From a virus (Duplodnaviria; Heunggongvirae; Uroviricota; Caudoviricetes): a DNA stretch of 13,110 bases. Each line of letters opens with the position of its first letter. Positions within the stretch are counted from its first letter, which is position 1. The stretch is from positions 1 to 13,110 of IMG/VR virus record IMGVR_UViG_2684622670_000001, one strand, 5' to 3'. The position numbers were made by a program, and so were the translations under genes. Below the pieces are notes generated by a model, which saw only the letters and a list, made by a program, of their open reading frames with translations, ran no database searches and was not told the DNA's origin. Positions 9,473 through 13,110 of the stretch are shown here, one piece after another.

Positions 9473-9945
9473 ACCTCAATCTCTCTGACCGTTCCGCCTG
9501 CTTCTTTGAATTTTGCAATCAGGCTGTCAGCCTTATGCTCGAACTGACCATAACCAGCGCCCGGCAGTGAAGCCCAGATATTGCTGCAACGGTCAATTGC
9601 CTGACGAATATCACCGCGATCAATCATCGGTAAAGCGCCACGTTCTTTAATCTGTTGCAATGCCACAGCGTCCTGGCTTTTCGGAGAGAAGTCTTTCAGG
9701 CCAAGCTGCTTACGGTAGGCATCCCACCAACGGGAAAGAAGCTGGTAACGTCCGGCGGCTGTTGATTTGAGTTTGGGGTTTAGCGTGACAAGTTTGCGAG
9801 GGTGATCGGAGTAATCAGTGAATAGCTCTCCGCCAACAATGACGTCATAACCATGATTTCTGGTTTTCTGTCGTCCGTTATCAGTTCCCTCTGACCACGC
9901 CAGCATATCGAGGAACGCCTTACGTTGATTATTGATTTCCACCAT
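9469..9945 (-). CDS. R: Endolysin R (lambda-type lytic transglycosylase), 158 aa
   Basis: Protein '[39 protein letters not shown]...' matches lambda R as recalled. 17-nt overlap with S and ATGA overlap with Rz, as in lambda. Confidence 0.95.
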   Translation of the reverse strand: MVEINNQRKAFLDMLAWSEGTDNGRQKTRNHGYDVIVGGELFTDYSDHPRKLVTLNPKLKSTAAGRYQLLSRWWDAYRKQLGLKDFSPKSQDAVALQQIKERGALPMIDRGDIRQAIDRCSNIWASLPGAGYGQFEHKADSLIAKFKEAGGTVREIEV

Positions 9946-10252
9946 CTTCTACTCCGGCTTTTTTAGCAGCGAAGCGTTTGATAAGCGAACCAATCGAGTC
10001 AGTACCGATGTAGCCGATGAACACGCTCGTTATATAAGCGAGATTGCTACTTAGTCCGGCGAAGTCGAGAAGGTCACGAATGAACCAGGCGATAATGGCG
10101 CACATCGTTGCGTCGATTACTGTTTTTGTAAACGCACCGCCATTATATCTGCCGCGAAGGTACGCCATTGCAAACGCAAGGATTGCCCCGATGCCTTGTT
10201 CCTTTGCCGCGAGAATGGCGGCTAACAGGTCATGTTTTTCTGGCATCTTCAT
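9929..10252 (-). CDS. S: Holin S (class I; S107 antiholin / S105 holin dual-start), 107 aa
   Basis: Protein '[39 protein letters not shown]...' matches lambda S as recalled, including the Met1-Lys2-Met3 dual-start motif. Confidence 0.95.
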   Translation of the reverse strand: MKMPEKHDLLAAILAAKEQGIGAILAFAMAYLRGRYNGGAFTKTVIDATMCAIIAWFIRDLLDFAGLSSNLAYITSVFIGYIGTDSIGSLIKRFAAKKAGVEDGGNQ

Positions 10253-10578
10253 GTCTTACCCCCGATAAGGGGATTTGCTCTATTTAATTAGGAATAAGGT
10301 CGGTTACTGATAGAACAAATCCAGGCTACTGTGTTTAGTAATCAGATTTGTTCGTGACCGATATGCACGGGCAAAACGGCAGGAGGTTGTTAGCGCAACC
10401 TCTTGCCACCCGCTTTCACGAAGTCAGCCATTGCGCTGGTTTTCTTTTATGCAAAGCACACCGCACCGTAGCCACAGCGGATAAGGTGATTGTTTTGTAT
10501 GCTTTGTGTTTGGTTGATTATGTATTTCAGAAATGTTGTGCTAATGTTGTCATTCATATAAAGAAGGATTAAACACAA

Positions 10579-10758
10579 ATGAATGACTTTGACACAAGAA
10601 GGCTCCACGCAATCCATATGTTACTTCAAGAGATCTCTGATAAAACCTTGCAAATAGCCATGTCAACGCACTCTGATGAAAACAAGAAAAGTCTTATCAC
10701 ACCACTAATGAAAAGACATGCGGATCTAGTCGCTGAATTTCAGGAACTATTGAAATAA
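10579..10758 (+). CDS. Candidate small ORF (59 aa) on the opposite strand within the Q-S intergenic region
   Basis: ATG at 10579 preceded by AAGAAGGA (spacing ~10); 59 codons ending in TAA; lies in an AT-rich stretch that does not overlap any minus-strand gene. Just below the 60-aa cutoff of the supplied ORF track. No family recognised. Confidence 0.35.
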   Translation: MNDFDTRRLHAIHMLLQEISDKTLQIAMSTHSDENKKSLITPLMKRHADLVAEFQELLK

Positions 10759-10761
10759 TTA

Positions 10762-10789
10762 AATACCCACACAGAGATACGGGGGTATT
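10762..10789 (-). terminator. Hairpin (AAUACCC ... GGGUAUU) with U-rich 3' side on the minus strand; candidate tR'-like terminator of the late leader transcript
   Basis: 7-bp perfect inverted repeat with a 14-nt loop, followed on the minus strand by UAAUUAUUUC. It lies at the 3' end of the lambda-like 6S-leader segment and immediately after the stop of the plus-strand 59-aa ORF. Confidence 0.35.
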
Positions 10790-10949
10790 AGTTACCACAT
10801 TAGCAACTTTATTGCGTCAATATTTGCAAACCTCTCAGCCCGCGATGGTTGGAGTTCCAGACGATACGTCGAAGTGACCAACTAGGCGGAATCGGTAGTA
10901 AAGCGCCGCCTTTTTTCATCTCACTACCACAACGAGCGAATTAACCCAT

Positions 10950-11114
10950 CTATCCCATACTGGAGAATTCACCATGATATTTTATCCTGGCATTTTCCAT
11001 TGCCTTTCTAGCCTCCTCGATATCGTCAAAACACCCTACATGAATCCTCCATGTAAGAATTCCAGTATCTGGATTGTAATTAAAAAGTCTCAATGCATCT
11101 TCACGTTTTAACAT
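10950..11114 (-). pseudogene. Degraded HNH-AP2 homing endonuclease remnant (54-codon ORF)
   Basis: Translation 'MLKREDALRLFNYNPDTGILTWRIHVGCFDDIEEARKAMENARIKYHGEFSSMG' joins an HNH_3-type N-terminal motif ('LFNYNPDTGILTW') directly to an AP2-type C-terminal tail ('GCFDDIEEARKAMENARIKYHGEF'), with no catalytic core between them. Sits in an AT-rich insertion with a weak RBS. Confidence 0.45.
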
Positions 11115-11300
11115 AGGCGAACCACATAGATATTAGAGCCTGCTGACATAGAAATATCACCACGAGAGAAGTCGCCAAAAGCGATATTTCTCAGGCTCTA
11201 TTCCTATGTGCTCTCGAGTTTATGATGCGCATGTCAGTGCGCTTAGAACTTAAAGATGAGGTGGGTAAAAGCTGAAAGAATGTGAACGGATATAAATCTG

Positions 11301-11343
11301 CCATTCTTGGGTCAAATTTACCCAACTTTATTCAAATAGTCAA
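11301..11343 (-). promoter_or_regulatory. Late promoter pR' with qut/Q-binding region and promoter-proximal pause element
   Basis: Minus strand reads TTGACT (11343..11338), a 17-nt spacer, TAAATT (11320..11315), then TGACCCAAGAATGG. This closely matches the lambda pR' sequence as recalled (TTGACTTATTGAATAAAATTGGGTAAATTTGACTCAACGATGG). Located ~45 nt downstream of the Q stop. Confidence 0.75.
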
Positions 11344-11385
11344 TATTATGCCGTTAATATGTTGCCATCCGTGGCAATCATGCTG

Positions 11386-12009
11386 CTAACGTGTGACCGC
11401 GTTCAAAATGTTGTCTGCGATTGACTCTTCCTTGTGGCATTGCACCACCAGAGCGTCATACAGCGGCTTAACAGTGCGTGACCAGGTGGGTTGGGTAAGG
11501 TTTGGGATTAGCATCGTCACAGCGCGATATGCGGCGCTTGCTGGCATTCTTGAATAGCCGACACCTTTGCATCTTCCGCACTCTTTCTCAACAACTCTCC
11601 CCAATTGCTCTGTTTTTGATATATCAACCGCACGGCCTGTACCGTGGCAATCTCTGCATCTTGCGCCCGGCGTCGCGGCACTACGGCAATAATCCGCATA
11701 AGCGAATGTTGCGAGCACTTGCAGTACCTTTGCCTTAGTATTTCCTTCAAGCTTTGCCACACCACGGTATTTCCCCGATACCTTGTGTGCAAATTGCATC
11801 AGATAGTTGATAGCCTTTTGTTTGTCGTTCTGGTTGAGTTCATGCTTACCACAGAATGCAGCCATTCCGAATCCGGCTTGTGATTGCGCCATCCCCATAG
11901 CAGCCATCACATCAGTACCGGAAAGAGAGTCAGAAGCCGTAGCCCGTGGTGAGTCGCTCATCATCGGGCTTTTTGGCGAATGAAATTTAGCTACGCTTTC
12001 GAGTCTCAT
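11386..12009 (-). CDS. Q: Late gene antiterminator Q (lambda-type), 207 aa
   Basis: Protein 'MRLESVAKFHSPKSPMMSDSPRATASDSLSG ... CRDCHGTGRAVD ... CGRCKGVGYSR ... NILNAVTR' matches lambda Q as recalled, including the zinc-binding Cys motif. ATGA overlap with ninH. Confidence 0.95.
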   Translation of the reverse strand: MRLESVAKFHSPKSPMMSDSPRATASDSLSGTDVMAAMGMAQSQAGFGMAAFCGKHELNQNDKQKAINYLMQFAHKVSGKYRGVAKLEGNTKAKVLQVLATFAYADYCRSAATPGARCRDCHGTGRAVDISKTEQLGRVVEKECGRCKGVGYSRMPASAAYRAVTMLIPNLTQPTWSRTVKPLYDALVVQCHKEESIADNILNAVTR

Positions 12010-12194
12010 CGTCTTCCCCTCTTGCCCTGTTTGACCATCAGGACGCCGTTAACTATTACATGACGCTCGCCTTTGCTGTCTCTGTTGTACTTGAGCACTG
12101 TTCCTCTTGCGCAGGAAAGCATCCTCGCCACTTCGGTCTGATTGCCTCGTGTCTGGATAAGAAGCTCTGGTATCGTTTGAATTGTGGCGTTCAT
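12006..12194 (-). CDS. ninH: NinH-like protein, 62 aa
   Basis: 'TIPELLIQTRGNQTEVARMLSCARGTVLKYNRDSKGERHVIVNGVLMV' resembles lambda NinH ('TIPDMLVEAYGNQTEVARRLKCSRGTVRKY...') as recalled. Positioned immediately upstream of Q. Confidence 0.8.
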   Translation of the reverse strand: MNATIQTIPELLIQTRGNQTEVARMLSCARGTVLKYNRDSKGERHVIVNGVLMVKQGKRGRR

Positions 12195-12553
12195 ACGTTC
12201 TCCAGTTCGGTGATTTTTATTCCAAGCCGTCCGCCTGGTACTTTCACACCACGAATTACGCGAATGTCATCGAATTGCTCGTCGTCTTCCGCAAATCCGG
12301 CGTGGATAAGGGAGTCGAGTAAACCTTTCAGGATGTTATCGAGGTCGCGGCGGCGGGAGTCTGGAACGTCTGCGATGACTTTGATGCGGAGTCGTGATTT
12401 GGTGAAAATGTCTAACTTGAGTTGGCGGATGATTTGCTGAACGTCTTTTCGGTATTTCTGGCCTTTATCGCTGATGTAGTATTGTCTTCCCCGTCTTCGC
12501 CAGTAGGTATTCACCGACGGCGGGTATGGAAGCACAAACTGATATTCGTTCAT
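12191..12553 (-). CDS. rusA: RusA-family Holliday junction resolvase, 120 aa
   Basis: Conserved RusA motifs 'DVPDSRRRDLDN' and 'GGRLGIKITE'; 120 aa; nin-region location; ATGA overlaps on both sides. Confidence 0.85.
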   Translation of the reverse strand: MNEYQFVLPYPPSVNTYWRRRGRQYYISDKGQKYRKDVQQIIRQLKLDIFTKSRLRIKVIADVPDSRRRDLDNILKGLLDSLIHAGFAEDDEQFDDIRVIRGVKVPGGRLGIKITELENV

Positions 12554-12840
12554 GACTTAATCTTCCCCTCCTTCAGTAGTATCGCCTGCGTCCTGATCAC
12601 GCCTTCGAGGTGGTAAAGTCTGGCGTCTTTGTTGTCGATATTATGGGTACGTCGGTCGATTTCATCGTGACACGCGCTACAAGCCCATGCGCCGATCAGG
12701 TCGTCAGGCTTCATTCCCGTTCCGCAAATTCCAGCCATCCGGTAATGTGCCAGAACTGTAGTTTCAGGATTGCCATTGCATACGCCGTAAATACGTACCT
12801 GGCATTCTCTGCCGCGCGCTTCTTTGCGTAGGTTAGCCAT
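12550..12840 (-). CDS. ybcO: YbcO-like putative nuclease (DUF1364), Cys-rich, 96 aa
   Basis: 'RGRECQVRIYGVCNGNPETTVLAH ... CSACHDEIDRRTH' matches the YbcO/DUF1364 family as recalled; located directly upstream of rusA as in DLP12-type nin regions. Confidence 0.65.
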   Translation of the reverse strand: MANLRKEARGRECQVRIYGVCNGNPETTVLAHYRMAGICGTGMKPDDLIGAWACSACHDEIDRRTHNIDNKDARLYHLEGVIRTQAILLKEGKIKS

Positions 12841-13059
12841 TTAATACTCCAGTTCAGGGGCATTTTTTAGGTCATGTTTTTTGCAGAATTGCTGCCACTC
12901 TCTTTCCAGCCGCTTACCTGTAAATTTCACTCTGCATTTTGAGTAAGTGCTAATGGCATTAAATGGTGCTGAGCCTTCAGGAAATCGAGAGCGGAATACT
13001 TCTGCCACAGGTACTAAAACCAAATACAAATAATCAGAGCTACTAAACGAATCACTCAT
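12841..13059 (-). CDS. Hypothetical nin-region protein, 72 aa
   Basis: ORF with ATG at 13059 and GAGGAA ~7 nt upstream; ends 1 nt before the ybcO-like start. No family recognised. Confidence 0.5.
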   Translation of the reverse strand: MSDSFSSSDYLYLVLVPVAEVFRSRFPEGSAPFNAISTYSKCRVKFTGKRLEREWQQFCKKHDLKNAPELEY

Positions 13060-13110
13060 CGTCTTCTTCCTCGTGCATCGAGCTATTCGGATCGCTCATC
13101 AGTTCTGCGC
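13052..13110 (-). CDS. 3' end of an upstream nin-region ORF (partial; 5' end outside the window)
   Basis: Open frame running from the window edge to TGA at 13052..13054 (C-terminus '...ELMSDPNSSMHEEEDDE'), overlapping the next start by 8 nt. Identity unknown. Confidence 0.3.
   Translation of the reverse strand, partial: AELMSDPNSSMHEEEDDE

Larger units (their letters stand above)
1..13110 (-). mobile_element. Segment of a mosaic lambdoid (pro)phage: nin-region end, Q, late promoter region, lysis cassette, accessory cassette, packaging/head module
   Basis: Gene order and orientation are uniform (all real ORFs on the minus strand, tightly packed, many ATGA/overlapping stop-start junctions). 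Q, S, R, NinH and RusA are recognised from protein sequence. Terminase, portal and capsid genes follow the lysis genes. Confidence 0.9.

Noticed and set aside
10348-10572. 74-aa plus-strand ORF just upstream of the 59-aa ORF
   Set aside because: It overlaps the conserved lambda-like non-coding region immediately upstream of S, where lambda has no gene as far as I recall. No convincing RBS. Probably spurious, though it would be tandem with the 59-aa ORF if real.
10253-11385. Possibility of toxin (stx-like) or other large cargo between Q and S
   Set aside because: The region is only ~1.13 kb and contains no ORF longer than 59 codons outside the shadow ORF; no A/B toxin-sized genes are present.
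11502-11883. Alternative-frame ORFs (78, 79 and 91 aa) overlapping Q
   Set aside because: They sit inside the well-supported Q coding sequence in other frames or strands; no independent support.
1-13110. CRISPR arrays, tRNA/rRNA genes, integrase or att sites
   Set aside because: No regularly spaced direct repeats, no tRNA-like sequence noticed by eye, and no recombinase-like ORF. This window covers only the late region of the prophage.

Overview
This window is a late-region segment of a mosaic lambdoid (pro)phage from an enterobacterial host, with every convincing gene on the minus strand. Read in the direction of transcription (high to low coordinates) it contains: the 3' end of the nin region (a partial ORF, a 72-aa ORF, a YbcO/DUF1364-like protein, RusA, NinH); the late antiterminator Q; an unusually long Q-S intergenic region (~1.13 kb) carrying a lambda-type pR' late promoter, a ~350-bp AT-rich insertion with a degraded HNH-AP2 homing-endonuclease remnant, a lambda-like 6S-RNA leader segment, a hairpin and a 59-aa plus-strand ORF; the S-R-Rz/Rz1 lysis cassette; a two-gene accessory cassette (Rha-like 198 aa plus 67 aa); and a non-lambda packaging/head module (small and large terminase, portal, Mu F-like head morphogenesis protein, scaffold-like protein, decoration-like protein, major capsid protein and two small head proteins). 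Q, S and R look essentially identical to phage lambda, judged from my memory of the lambda proteins rather than an alignment; Rz diverges after about codon 31, so a recombination joint probably lies inside Rz. No tRNA, rRNA, CRISPR array or integrase was seen. I could not identify a defined novel multi-gene system. The best candidates for unexplored biology are the accessory cassette between Rz and the terminase, and the insertion plus small antisense ORF between Q and S. All family assignments are by recalled motif and synteny; no database search was run.
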